Assembly: GCA_013265495.1 (NCBI GenBank) | Contig: MU058667.1 | Location: forward strand, 248,001 to 312,000 | DNA length: 64,000 nt | Direction: 5' to 3' | Origin: Vicugna vicugna | Lineage: Eukaryota | Part shown: positions 1 to 13,854 of the stretch, piece by piece | How the letters are laid out: the number at the start of each line of letters is the position of its first letter | How positions within the stretch are numbered: position 1 is the stretch's first letter | Made by a program: the position numbers and the translations under genes | Notes under the pieces: generated by a model | What the model saw: only the letters and a program-made list of their open reading frames with translations | Database searches by the model: none | Told to the model about the DNA's origin: nothing

Positions 1-479
1 TTGAATTCTGCCTGCCAGACCCAGTCAAGTTCTGACTTTCTTTGCAGACCCTTCACTCCAGAACAGTAGTGTTCAAATTGTCCCTCACTTTCTCACTGCT
101 TTTGCCCAAGAATCAGCCTCTGATCCCCTCTGCTCAAAGTAATAGACTATGCCTTTAAATGTTGCTCTTTGAAAAATGCACAGTGAGAAGTTAATCTGTA
201 CTTCTGCTTGACAGAATCACTTTTAGGTAAGAATTTCATAGAAGTGTCTGGTTACTTTAGGTCTTTAAAAACAGTAGTGATAAAGAGTGATTTTTAGAAA
301 ATTGTTTAGTCCATGTAGTAAATGGAGTTTCTAATGCTAAGTATGTTTCAGAAACTGTGCACATGACAGATTGTGTTATAGTTAAACATATTTCTTAGCA
401 CTAGTTAGATGCTCTCTTTTTACCTTTAAATATTCTTCTATTGCATAAGGGGCTTTTACCTATAATGAAGTTATCTTTA

Positions 480-577
480 TTCTGTATGTGTTGCCTTCTA
501 TCCTGACTGAATGTCTCTAGCTTCTAGCCAAATGTCTGGAATGTGGCATATGCTTAATAAAAGGTGATTGTTAAACA
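480..577 (+). mobile_element. L2 3' end remnant
   Basis: Degenerate tgtctggaatgtggcatatgcttaataaa..tgttaaa resembles the L2 terminus gtgcctggcacatagtaggcactcaataaa. Confidence 0.45.
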
Positions 578-747
578 CTCTTATGAAGAAACATTGATTT
601 GTAAGATTTTAAAATGCCCAAGAGATAAGTATTAATAGATATTCGTTTACCTCTCTTTAATGAAAACTCAGTGGCAAACATGCTCTTTGTTAAATAAAAA
701 ATTTAGGGTGCCATTTATTACAATACAAAAGGATTTTTCTGACAATT

Positions 748-1450
748 TCTTTTTACTATGGAAAATTTCAAATTTACATAAAAAGTAGTCATCTTCCAGC
801 TTTAATAAATTAACAGTGGTTGCCAGTATCTTTAACCCATGCCCCCACCAACTTTCCTATTTTCTCACCTCAATAATTTTAAGGCAAATTTCAGACATTG
901 TATCATTCAGTCTGTAAATACTTCAATGTATATCACTAAAAGATATAGACTCCCTTTTTAAAATATAAACACAATGTCATTTATCACACTTGAGTTTTTT
1001 CTTATTCATATATTTATATGAACATATATTTAATATATGTTAAATACAAACATATATTTAATCAGTGTTCATATCTCCCAGTCATCTTTGTCTTACTATT
1101 AAAGTAAAAATGCAAGTAACATTTCAATTGGTTAATAAATCTTTAATTTATTTTCATTGGCCGGCTCTCCTTCCATCCATCTCTCTCTGGTTCCCTAGAA
1201 ACTGCTCCAAAAATGAGTAATGAGGTTTCAAAAATTATTATTATAAAGTCATAGATGTAAACATATTTTGTGTGTTTGAACCCACTGTAGTTATCCTTCT
1301 TGATGGTTAGATTGTCCCTTCTTTGGCCAGTAGAAGCCTTTATGAGTTGGATCTTGAATCCTTTTGATATAACCCTAGTAGTGTTCTGATAAAATGATCA
1401 TCTTGTACATTTGCTGGCCCCAGCTGGAATCAGCCACTTCTCTAAGGAAC
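748..1450 (-). mobile_element. Old L1 3' UTR (L1MC4/5-like)
   Basis: Motifs tatggaaaatttcaaa, aggcaaatttcagacattgtatcattc, tctgtaaatacttcaatgta, ttggccagtagaagcc, ggaatcagccacttctctaagga typical of reverse-oriented L1MC 3' ends. Confidence 0.7.
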
Positions 1451-3339
1451 TATGACAGTTTTGACTCTATAGGATATTTGAAATTTGTCCACTATTGAAG
1501 TCAGTAGTCTGAGATTTAGTCCCCCCCCCCTTGGAATCTCTGTTACTTAGAAATAAAATTCATTTTTAAAGATGATTAAGTTTTTTCAATGTTAAGATTT
1601 GAATGATTAGCCTTACAATATTCATGTAGCTTTATGCATATAAACATTTCCATTTTGTAAGTAGGAAAACAAAGATTTATAAAGTTACGATTTTGTTTTG
1701 TTTGTGAAGCATTGTGAAACTCAGTAATTTGAGTCACTAAGTTTATGGTCCAGTATTTTTCACTCAGTGATATGTCACTTTTAGATTTAAAATTGATGTA
1801 GGAGTAAATAGAAAATTATTTTATAAAACAAGAGAGGGAAAAAGTTAAGCATTAAAAAAACCAGTGTTTAAAGATGATGTATTGGAAAATGTGGTTATTA
1901 CCATGTGGTTAGTATCATGGATACTTTTTTTTTTCATGGTTTATAATTAAATGAGTCCTAGCCAAAATAATAGTTTGACCAAGTGCTTGTATGATTAGTT
2001 AGGAATATTTTATTCTTTTGGGTTCTCAGACTTCTGACTTTGAGATTTTAGATGTTCAGAAATGTCAGTGCTTGGTTTGTGGTCTCAAGGGGAGATATGT
2101 CAAACCAAGCATGAGTTCATTAATAAAACTCTCGTAATTTATTTCCCACAGAGATTTAGCTTGAATTTATATGTCAGAGTTTACATAGAAGTACTTCACA
2201 GAAAGTCTCTGAGGGAAAGATAGTACGTTAGAGGGACCAGGCAGGGAAAGCATGTGTATACTCAGTTGAGTGGGGTACCTAAGGCCAGATTCTGATTAAT
2301 GCGTTCACGTGAAATGAAAACAGGGAATGGAGAAATAGTTACTGTCTGCCATAAAGTATTGTGGTTGGGTTGGAACTGCCAAACTAAGAGATCCTGTTGA
2401 ACTCGATGTAACCCTCCCATGGGCTTTGAGGACCTTTCATATCTTGACCTTAACTGCCATGGATCCTCAAACGACCCTCTTTTTGAGCCCAGGCAGAATG
2501 TGGTCTGTTGTAATGACTGCGGTACCATGACCTGAAACTTGCTATGTGTATGTGTGTTTCTGTGTGCATTTGATTTGATTTATGCTTATAGTACTTTGTT
2601 GAGAATCTTTTGATGGTATTTTTCAACTTTAGATTTCAAAGATTGGAGCATTTTTCAACCAAACTTTAAAACCAAAGAAAATGTCTAGCCTAATGCTGTC
2701 TCAACAGCTTCTTATTGTTTGTGGTGAAATAAACAAAGTCAGATTCTTTACCATTCATTCATCTAGCACAAGATGTTATTTATGGCTGGCTAGAGGCTGC
2801 TGGTCAGTCTTCAGAAGTAACTCCTTCTTAGGTTGTGTTATACTTTGAGACTCAGTTAACGTCTCTATCTGACTTTGTTTAGGAAGAGCGCTTTGGACAT
2901 ACGTTACAGGATATTTTGCTAAATAACGTTGTTTATTCAGAATTTCCAGCTACAGGTTCAGAGTTGAACAATGAGGGAGCGCATCATCATAGACTTCTCT
3001 TTGTTGTGATGATGAAATTTGGTGAATAACTACATGGTGTCAGGATGCCTGTTTATCCTTAGAGTTCGGAAAGGGAGGCAGTGCAGTTTGCACAGTCATC
3101 TTTTTGTTCCTTCCCTACCCCGAATCTCATACAGAGGCTTTTATGGGGAAAAAAAAAAAAAAAAAGAAAGGAACTCATGGAATTTTTCTAGGTTAATTGA
3201 GTTGAACTGATTTGAAGTAAAATCTGAAAAAAATAAGTTATAGCCTAGCATTCTGCGCTTTGTTTTATAATCACTCTCTGCTTCTCCTTACCCTGTCTTT
3301 TAATGTTTCCACTGGATTTTTAAAAAATGATAAAAGTAA

Positions 3340-3900
3340 TTTATGCTATTTGACACTTTCAGGGCACACAGAAATGTATAAAAGAAAAAATGTTCCCTCT
3401 TTTTCATTCTCACCTTCTGGATTAACCACTGTTAACTGCCTGATGTTGTATCCTTCTTGACTGTATTGTATACGTCTGCATGAACATGAGAGAAGACTGT
3501 GTACATTCTGTAGCTATTTGAATAATAAAATGGGATCATACACACTCTGCCTATCACCTTTTTCACATAAAAGTGGATCATGAATATCCTTCCAATTGGC
3601 ACATATGCCAATCCAGCTTATTCTTTATAACTTTCATGTAATTATTGTGTAGAACAGATTCACCATCATTTATTTACTCATTCTCTTATTGTTGAGCAGT
3701 TGGTTTGTTTTCAGTATTTTATTTCTCTGATGTTAAAATGAGCATCCTTGACTACATACTCTTAGGCACTTTTGTTTGTTCTTATGTTGGATAGATTTCT
3801 GGAGGAAGAATTTGCTGGGTCAAAGGTTTAGGACTAGTTTACACCCACCCCAGCACGCATTAGAGGAGTGTTCTTTTTCTCACACCTTTGCCAACCCTGT
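3340..3900 (-). mobile_element. Old L1 3' region (L1ME-like)
   Basis: taaccactgttaac, aaatgggatcatac, catttatttactcattctcttattgttgagcagttggtttgttttcag, aatttgctgggtcaaagg, cacacctttgccaac. Confidence 0.7.
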
Positions 3901-6354
3901 CACTTAATTGTTGGCCTTTTTTAAAAATGTCACTATTTTCACCCTTCTCTTTAAATTCAGACTGTTTCTTAGGTTTCCTGAATTAAATTCTTCTCATTTG
4001 AGACCTTTATTGACAGCTTACCGAGAATACAGGCTCTGGTCAGAGACTTCAGGAAAGAAAAGAGAAAGGGTAACAATCGTAGTTTCTTGGCATCTTGAAG
4101 ATCTTCTCTTGATGCCTCCTTAGTATTTATTTTTACTGTTCAGATGTGAAACCAGCTTGTTCTGTTCATGCTGGAGGATCCACATCACTCTTGGTAACAT
4201 TTATATTTTTATAATTTATACCAAGTTTGAGGCTTTAAGAAGATGAGTGGTAAGAATTGAGGTAGTATGTTAGCACACTCCTAAAAGCACTTCTCATAGG
4301 TTGGTGAAACTTAAGAGATTCTTTTTTTCTTTTCTTTTTAAAATCTCTAGTCTTAACTTGATTTTTTTTAACCTAGGGAATAGTAAACCCTTCAGGGCAG
4401 GATTATGTCTTCTACTTCCCCGTTTTGCTCCACAGAATCTGGATATTCCTTATTCAGGATTTACTGAGTTAGGCTGACTTGCAGTCCATTATTAGACCCT
4501 GGATACTAACTTATCTGTCCTGTGAATTCATGGAGGGAATGTCTGTATTGAAGAAGTTTTAAATTTCCGTATTTGAAGACATGAAGTCTTAATGGTATTT
4601 TTTTTCCAAACATGGTCAACTGTCGCTTGCCTGGGGAGGTAAATGATTGATTTTGTGAAATATTTTTATGGCCAGTTTTGAGGCTTGGTTAACAGCAACC
4701 CTCTGCTATTCCCCATCTTTAGAAGATTTTTCTTCAATATTATTTTCTGATGCGTCCTGTAGTGTGCCCAGGGAATTCAAACTAATCTTATGACCATCCT
4801 ATGAAGGCTATATTATGAACATAAATTTTCTACAGAAGCTACTACAACATAAAAAATTCTAATGTACATTTAAAAGTAAACACACATCTATTTTATATGC
4901 CTTCTTGCTTAAGTTTTAACTTTTTAATATATATTTTCCCCTGTGTATTGTATTCTATGCTAATCAGTTTTCCTTGATTTTGTATTGCCTTTAAATTTTT
5001 TCTGTATATTATCTTAGCTTCGTAAGTTCTCAGAGGTCAGAAACTATGTCATTTGAATTATATAAAATTTTATGCTTTCCCAATTCAAAGTATTCTTTCT
5101 ATGATTACATAAAGTAGAAAAATGTTTTTTTATTTTCTTAAGTCTTACTAGATGGTGGTGTGCTTTTAAAGGCCTTAACCAGTCCCACGCACGGGTTATT
5201 ACCTATCCTCTATCAGCTGTACTCATGGCCATTCTCATGCTTCCCTTCTAGGAATCCCAGGCATTCCCAGCCACATAGTAATCATTATAAACATGTGAAG
5301 AGTTTGGATACTGATGGGGATGGTAGATAGAATATCTCAGTGGGCAGCATCACTCTGATAATGTTCGTTTGACGAAAGTATTTATGGGACTGGGAAGTAT
5401 GCATTCTGAAACTGCTATTAAAATAGGATTAAAAAATCATTTTGAAAGGCCAAAAATAGAGCAGGTTTTCCAGATTCTCTTTTTAATTCAATCATGTGGA
5501 ACAAGGAGCTGCTATTTTAATCCTTCTGCATCTACTGATTCCTAAGAGAGCTGTATGGTAAAAATCTCATGGACTGTGTTTCATAACCTTGTCAGATAGG
5601 GCCAGAATTGATTTACCCCTCAAATTGTTTCTTGCTTGTTTACAGATATTCTCCAGACTTCAGACCCCTTCCAACTCCTGATAAAGATAATCACCATCTT
5701 TGAGAAATACTATTACTGCCTAATTCCAGTTTACCTTTGCTGTCTTTGAGGATGTATAGATAACGCCATGGAAAATAGAAAAACATCTGGTTAAAAGAGA
5801 AGCAGTGGCAAAAGTGGTACTGGGTGAGAGAGGGTGGGGTGGGGGAAGTGTGTGTTTTGAACAGGAATCAAGCAAACTTTCTCTTAAGTTTTTTCCTATT
5901 TGGTGGTGTTTTAGTAATTGGAGGACTTGAAACTGACTCTTAGATAGTCACACCCTGACACTTAGAAATCTTTTGCAATTTCAAAGATTAAAAAAAAAAA
6001 GATACCCTTACCCTTGAATGTTCTGAGAAAAAGCAAGGAAGAAGCCACAGTGTCTCTTCATAAGTCACGTATCGTCCCTGCTGCCACAGTCTACTTGTTA
6101 GAAGTGAGTCACTAAATAAAGCCAATGCTTAGAGGGGAATTAGGCTGTGCCTTTGGAAGGGAGGCGCATATAGACTTTGTGCAATGTATTTTAAAACCAC
6201 TACAGTCATGATACATGATTTGAAAAAAATTGCTGTGAGAGTCTATTTGTACTTTTTGCAGCAGTGTTAATAAGTGAGATGTGCTGTGATTTGTTTGGAA
6301 GTTGTTTTTAGGTTTTGTAGGCAGTGTTATAGTCACTTTACAGAAGTAACTTGG

Positions 6355-6545
6355 AAGATTTTCTTATGTTTTTGAAATAGTTTCAAGTATCATTGAGTGT
6401 TTACAGTTTTTAAAGGTACACTAGAATTCTCCTGAGAAGCCATCCTGGCCTGGGGCTTTTTTGTTGAGAGCTGTATAACTACTTTTTCTATTCCTTTCAT
6501 AATATTTGATTTATTTAGACTTTCTGTCTCTATAAAAATCACCTT
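6355..6545 (-). mobile_element. L1 ORF2 fragment
   Basis: Reverse strand reads as a degenerate KKAPGQDGFSGEF*CTFK, matching the L1 ORF2 KSPGPDGFTGEFYQTFK motif. Confidence 0.75.
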
Positions 6546-8384
6546 TGATACCAATTTCAATATTCTTAAGATAAATTTTGAAAGCAGATTTATACTCAGA
6601 AGAACGTATCTTTTGTTTTTTGTACTAGAAGCCAATGATAATATAAATGAAATTATACACTTACATATTTTATATATAAGGCAAGCATCAGAAATGTATC
6701 ATTTTTTGAAAAAAGAAGTGTATCTTTCTTAACACATACTTGTTTTTTAATCTGTAGATGAAGGCATTGCTAATTAGGTGAATATAAGAGTAAATATGAG
6801 TTTTCAAAAAACCACATATACATTTTTTTTGTGGTGTGTGTGCTATTTGAAGACATTAGTCATATTACTTATAAATGACAGAGAGATGTTTTATTCCATG
6901 TAATTTGATACAGTGACTTGAATTTGAATTTATGATCTATTCTCACTGAAGCTCTCTTGAGTTTATTCTTTACAAAATCAGCCCACATATTGGTAAGAAT
7001 GTGATTATATGTGTGAATAATACATGTGATACTGTTTTTAATATTTTAGTTGTCAGGTTTTTATACTTTGTTTATTCATAAAAAGGAATGAAAAAGACAA
7101 AATGTTATAGTCCATTGCTAAGTTAGGATTGGATGATTTATAGCACAGGAGATAACATGGTAGCTATTCTTGAAGCTTGTGTTTTGTAGGTTCTAGACTA
7201 GCATAGTAGTAGTGAGATCTGATTGGAGAAGGAAGCATTTAGGAGATGTCTGAAAATTGTAAGAGAAATTTATGGAATCACTTTGTCTATAATTTTTCTG
7301 AGATTAAGATATGTATCATTAAATAGTTTAGTCTCTTAATTTTTATCCACCTGCCTTATAATTTATATAGTTTTTTAGATTATTATAATTTTATTTTCCC
7401 ATTTATTTTTCCATAGAGCTAAATATTAATGAGATTCTAGATACCAAAATTATATTAGTTTGGTACTAAGAATTGGAAATGAACGCTTTCTTTGCGGGGT
7501 AGGGGAGCAGTGTGGAAATAACTATTAGTTAATTGCTGCTGTGTACCCAGGGAGTAAATGATAAGCTTTTAATTCTGTGGTTATGACATTGAGTGAATTT
7601 TCTTTTCATTGTGTAATCAGAAAAAGAATTAACTCAGTTTTCTCTTATTTTTCTTTGGTTGCTTCACTTTCATATCTTAGGTGTTGACTAATGAGGAGAA
7701 TTAAACATTATACTTGTTTCAAATTTTTACTAGGACTAGGTCATGCTAGGATATAGCAGATATCCAATAAGTTTCTGTTCAATTCCTATGTATTGAAGCA
7801 TTGCTGTGGAAAATAAAATATTTTTGTGGTAAGATGTAGTCTTGCTAATTTTGTTTTTTTCACTTACTGGCAGGGAAGGTTAGTGAAGTAATGCACAAAT
7901 TATGATATTCATGCTTATTCTTTAAAATCTTTATAAAGTGTCTGTTTTGAATCAGCTAAACACATTTAAAAGAACTGTGAATTTTAAAACTTTTAATGAG
8001 TTTTACTTCTGTTGTATTTAATGAAAAAGGAACCCTTTTTGGCTCTACACAAAAGGCAGCATATTTTTCTGCTCAAGTTTAAAACGAAAAAGATGTAGCT
8101 CTTCATTGAGTGAGATGCTGACAAGGCTACTGTTTCTTGTACATACTCTTTAAATCAACAAAATACTGCCATAAGACAACTAGCAGCTGTGGTTGGACTT
8201 AGAAACTACTGCCTACCAGGCTAAAGCCTGCAGTATCCTAGTGCAGCTAACTGTGCACGAGTCTGCAGATTTAAAAAAAAGAATCTCTCAAATCTTTCAG
8301 TGGACAAAGACTTCACAATTTTTCTCCTATTATAGCGTTTCACGTCTTCTTTGGAACTGTTTACTTTATGTTTTAGTTTCCTTT

Positions 8385-8583
8385 ACATTTTATAGTACTA
8401 CTTTTTTTTGTTTTTTCAGTTGAAGTGTAGTTGGTTTACAGTTTTGTGTTCCTGGTGTACAGCAAAGTGATTCCGTTTTATATATGTGTGTGTATATGTA
8501 TAGACAAAAGAATCTGGAAAGGAGTATCTGTTATAGGTTATTACAAGATACTGAACTATATTCAATATTTTGTAGTTCTTCTT
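8385..8583 (-). mobile_element. 5'-truncated artiodactyl-type L1 3' end with degenerate TSD
   Basis: Poly-T, then ttgaagtgtagttggtttaca..ctggtgtacagcaaagtgattc..ttataggttattacaagatactgaa. Possible TSD acattttatagtactactt (8385-8403) / atattttgtagttcttctt (8565-8583), 4 mismatches. Confidence 0.8.
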
Positions 8584-11529
8584 CCTGAAGGAATAGTAAT
8601 ACCAATAATAAATAGCAATACCAATACTGGTAATAATACCAATATGTTTATGTATAGTAGAAGATTTGACTATCATAAACTACACAAATTAAAGCAACCA
8701 TAAAACTAGTTGAAATGACTGCCTCGTATTCATAATCTACTACATTGAGCAAGGTTCCCGTTGTCCACATCCTCGGTCAGCCCTCCAGAATTCTCTTTGA
8801 AGTCACTGGTTGCTGTAAGTATGGAAGTAAAGAGAGAAAGGCGAGCCTAACCCACTGTACTTGGAGCTCTCCTTGAAGTCGATGACAGTTAGCTGTGAGC
8901 AGATGTGTCCCTCTTTCAGCCTTGAAGGATCTAGAGTACATAACAAGTCACATGTGGTGTGGTTTGTTTTTTCTTTAAAGAAAATTATTAGGTATTTTGC
9001 TTACTTCCTGATGCTTTGTCATAATTTTAGCTTTTGTATAACAAATAGGTGAATTCCATCTTCTTACTAAAGTGATGCATGCATATGAATATTGGGTTCT
9101 GTTTTTCTTCCCTTTAAAGCCATATAAGTATTATACCGTTTACTTTTTAAAAATGAAGTATGCCTTTTTATTAAGTTTTAGTTGTGTTCTTTGAAGGAAG
9201 TTCATTAAAATCTGATTTTTTTTTAAACTTAGAATATTTTACCTTAGAAACATGTGTATTCTTTACAAGATAACAAATGCAAATCCAGCTAGCCACATTT
9301 AGGCCATTTATTTACTGTGAAATGTCTTCCTTTCTTTCCTCCTTCTCCGCTGTCTTCCTTCTCTCCTCTTGCTTGAATATGATGCTGCCAAGAATGATAA
9401 ATTTCAGTTCAGTTTGATTGACAAGTCATTTCCTCACTGCATACAAGTGAGAATTATTTTGCATGGCTATTACTTTCAGCCTGCAGTTCCTGGGGCTCTG
9501 CCCCCTATTGTTGATGTACCATATTAATAACAATGAGTAAAATTTGAGACATTTAAAAAGTAGGCCATTTGCTTAATATTATTTTGGTAGCATTTTTAAA
9601 TTATTTGCAGTATCTGGGCAAGATTGTTTTACAGCAGTTATAAACTTTTATGGAATGATGCCACTCCGGTGGCTAGAATATTAAAGAAAACTAACTAGTT
9701 TTTAAAATCTCCCTTCATAATTTTAGTTGGGAAAATAAAAATCGTGTAAAGATAATATTTGTGACAGTTTTGTTGGGAAATATTTTGGGATTTTGCACTA
9801 AAAAGTGATCTATAACTTTTATCAACCTTTGCAGTGGTGAAATATTCAAAAATTAAGTTAAATATTTGATTAAAGAATGCAGGTATGTTCATATTATAAT
9901 TTTTCGTATACTTAAAATCAAAATGACGTTTGTTAAAGTTACATTAGCTATCATTTAATAGACTTTTTCCCCCCTATAGTTAACTTAGTTAATTAGGCAC
10001 AAATGCTGGGGAAATAAAATTTTAAAAAGAATGGTAAAGGCACTTAAATCCACTATATGTTTGGTTACTTGGGGATATGCCAGTCTTTCTAGCCAAAAAG
10101 TTGTTGTAATTTGACTCTATCAGATTTAGATGCCTGGCTAATAGAATGTTTTCTTTTTCTTTTGTGCACAGATGGACCCTTTATTTTTATGGAGTTTGGT
10201 GAGGGGAACCTGAAATTAAGACTTAGTTTTACAGGAAGATCTTTTCAGAGTTGTCAGGAAGTAGATTCCAAATATAATTGTGCACGATCTGGCCACTTAT
10301 TCAGTATTTCCTGACTTTCTGATAAGACAAAGACCAGATTGAGTGAAATTTTCAGTGAAACCTGAACTTTTAGACTTTAGTGCACAATCCTGCAAGTGGT
10401 ATAACAGATACTTTTAATCGGCTTTAAAAAATACAAAGAATTTTTTAAAAATTACTAGCCAAAAAGGAATTAAAACTACTTTTTGAATAGATACACGTTT
10501 TGGAATGCATATTGTCTAATATTAAATATTGAGAGGATATTGATGAAACATGGTTATATTTCTCCAAGTTAAAAAATGTGAGCCTTACTTACCAAAAAAA
10601 GGAAATAAAGCATTTTTCAGGTTTAGGCTATTTTTATCTTCAGACAAACAGAATTAAATAGTTTAACTCTTTTTAGAAATTTCCTAATATGAACAGAAGT
10701 TGCAATAACTGCATGATTATGTATTTCTTTTAATTTAATGCAAAAAATTCCAATTCAGCATAAATGATAAACATACCTGACTCTTATACAGATTATTGTT
10801 AAGTAGGATAAAAGGAAAAATAATGCTAGATTCATTTGTGTTGTCACATGAAAGAATAAACACTTTATTCCTATATCAGACTCAAGAAAGGAAGTGGTAA
10901 CCTGTAATTTGACAGTAGGTACAGATCTCTTTCTAAATTAGCAAGTGAAATTTGCTAAATTTATGCTATTGATGAGAAAGATTTCTTTAACATGATATTT
11001 AAGAATTCTGTTAAAATCAGTAGTTTTTCATTATTTTCATGATTTGTTTTTGGCCAGTGTGGTTTTATGTGTGGCTTGGCAAAGTGTCACTTTATGTTAC
11101 CATGAGTTTAAGCTTAAATTTTATTTTCATATTTAATCACTTGAAGCATTTCTTACAAATGCATTTATCAAGGGTGTCACATAAATACATGCTAATTAGA
11201 ATGAAACAATTACAAAATGGTTTTTAAAATTTGTATGTTATCACAGAAGAAAGTCGACATTTTATTTACTTGGAAAACAGGTAACAAAGCATAAATTAAT
11301 TTCATCTCAGAATCCATTTTTGTCTTACACATTTTTATTAGGACATATCTTTTCCATCTAAGTTTAAGAGGAGGCATACTAGATAGAGCAGGAACCATGG
11401 AACCTTTGAAATGCATTAGAATATTCTAAGAACAAAAGAATAGAACAAGACGACAACAACAACAAAACAAGTTAATGGGGTTACTTTCCAAGTTGAAAAT
11501 GTGTAATGCCTGAGTTTGGTTAGTTGGTC

Positions 11530-11645
11530 CTTTTATTCCTTCTTTCCCTTTTTTGCTCCTTCCTCCTTCCCTCTCTCCCTTTCTTCCTTCTTCCTAGTCT
11601 TTCTTTCCTCCCTCTCTCTCTTTCTCTTCCTTTTTTTTTTTTCTT
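11530..11645. repeat. CT-rich low-complexity tract
   Basis: About 115 nt almost entirely pyrimidine on + strand. Confidence 0.8.
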
Positions 11646-13854
11646 CAATGAATGAACAAAGGATGATTAAGCACCAGCCATAGTCCATAATTCAGGGACT
11701 ATGCCAAGTGGTAAGGTACTAAGAAGTTTTCAAGTAATAAGTACATGTTTTTCTTGAAATTTCCAATAATTGTTCTGGCTTTTCCAAAGCATTTTATTTT
11801 ATTGGCTAGATTTTTAATAGTAGCTGTATATATCTTCTAAACATTATTTTATGGTAGTAGTTACTTTTTACCTATAACCCCACATCCCAGAAGTCAGTTA
11901 TAAGTTTTATTACAAGTTTGTGACAGTGTTAGGAGTGCTTACAACTATTCATCTTGTTAGTCCAAGAGTGTTAGCTTTCAGTTGTTATAATCTGTCAATT
12001 CTGGTGCTATTCCTCCCTAGCTGATTAAGTTTCCACTAAAAAGTCGACACCATTGGAATGGAAGGTACACAGCAGTTTTTACTGACAGTGAACTAAGAGC
12101 ACTAAGCAAGGATTGCAAGTTGATAAGGATAACATAAAGTGATGCCATATTTGACAATAAAGATGGTGACTGAAGCATGAAATGGTTACTACTTTGTAAA
12201 AATAAAATTGTAATTTTTTTTGTTAGCTTATTTTTTAACTATAAAAGCATTTTCAAGCTATTGATCCTTAATCAGAGAAAGAAGTTTTTCTTTACAATTA
12301 GGCATATCTTACCTACCGGTGTGCAGTTTTAACTCTATAAACAGGCTAATTTTATAAGAGGAATATACTTACAGGATTTATGTTTTCTCTCAGTAATTGC
12401 TTGTGTGTGTATATACATATATGTTTTTTTTTTAACTCATTTTCCCCCATTTTAACTGTTTCTGTGTAGTGTGATACTTTTCTGTCAACATTTCTGTTTG
12501 GATAAAAACATCAGTTTGCAGAGGCTATGGTGTATTGTGTGTGTGTGTATGGCTTGATCTGTATGTTTTCTTCTTCCCTATATTTTGAAAAGAAATTGAG
12601 AAATTGTATAGGAACTACCTTTTGGGAAAATTAAATCATAATCCAGTAGTTGAATGACTTCATATTCATGTAACACTTTTATTATATTCATCCATGTCTT
12701 TGGTATATTAACATAAGTGTTGGTATGAATGACCTTTTATCATGATTTCTGTTTTAATGAAAAGCACTAGTTTGTATTTTGGGGGAGAGAAATTTAACCT
12801 CAAATCCTAGGTTTGCAATCATTGTCCTTATTCTTTCAGCTCTTCTGTTTTTGCTGAAATGATATGACATCATCATTGGAAATTTGGGCTATTGCTTCAT
12901 AATGAACATTTGTTTTTTCAAAAAGCTATTCATAAAGAAGGGGACACATTCAGATACCTTTTGCAATCTAAAGCATCAACACCCCCTAAAGAGAATTTTC
13001 TTAGAGTCTAGACACTGGGAACTCCTAGTGCAATGCTATTACAAGTGGTTTAGTGTTTCTGAATAGCGGAGGTTAGAGGGAGTGTCAGGAGGATGGAAAC
13101 CTCCTTGTATTGACCTTTCTGAGACAGTACATTCATGTTAAAAACTAATCAAGTGCAGCTGCACGATTAATTGTGTGGAGAAGCTATAAACATAGAAAGC
13201 TGTGACCTCTACTCAGGATTCTGTTTTATGTACAAGCATTCACTTCTGACTATGAACTTGAATGAACAGTAATTTACTTAGTTGAGCATGTAGTAGTAGT
13301 AGTATTTAATAATTACTGAGCTTGTAGGGCATGAGATGGACCCTTACAGATTTCTAGTTTGAGGCATTTCAAGAACTTTGTGAAGCCATGAGAGAAATTT
13401 CCCATTATTAATCTTTGAATCTTTTTCTTGATGTGTTTATTTCTGATGAAATTTCACTTTAATCCGTAATATAACTTGCTTCCTTCCCCTAAGTCTTACT
13501 GATAATTGTTAAAAATCCTCATTTTAAAAAGTGTAATTATCAATTTTTGACTTACTAATTATCTTAAAGGAGTGAAATAATGTTTTAAAACTATGAGATA
13601 ATAGTTTTTTTCTATTTTTGATAGGAAATGGTTTATCCACCTAAACACTTAAAAGATGTGTGGGCATTCGCAGGGTTTTAGGGTTTGTCTACAGCCAAAA
13701 CTCTTATTTGGAAAGTAACCTAACAGGATATTTGAATTATCTTGTTAGGTTTTTACTAATCTTAGAAGTCAAGATTTTCAAAGTTATTATAATGATTTAT
13801 CTTTACAGTGTATAAGTTATTTTATTTATTTTAGGGTTTTTTTTGTTTGTTTCT

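Noticed and set aside
1021..1041. Perfect 9-bp inverted repeat aacatatat-tta-atatatgtt
   Set aside because: AT-rich low-complexity DNA within an L1 remnant, where such palindromes are common.
6390..6635. 81-aa minus-strand ORF
   Set aside because: Overlaps a decayed L1 ORF2 fragment; the recognisable L1 motif is in another frame and contains a stop.
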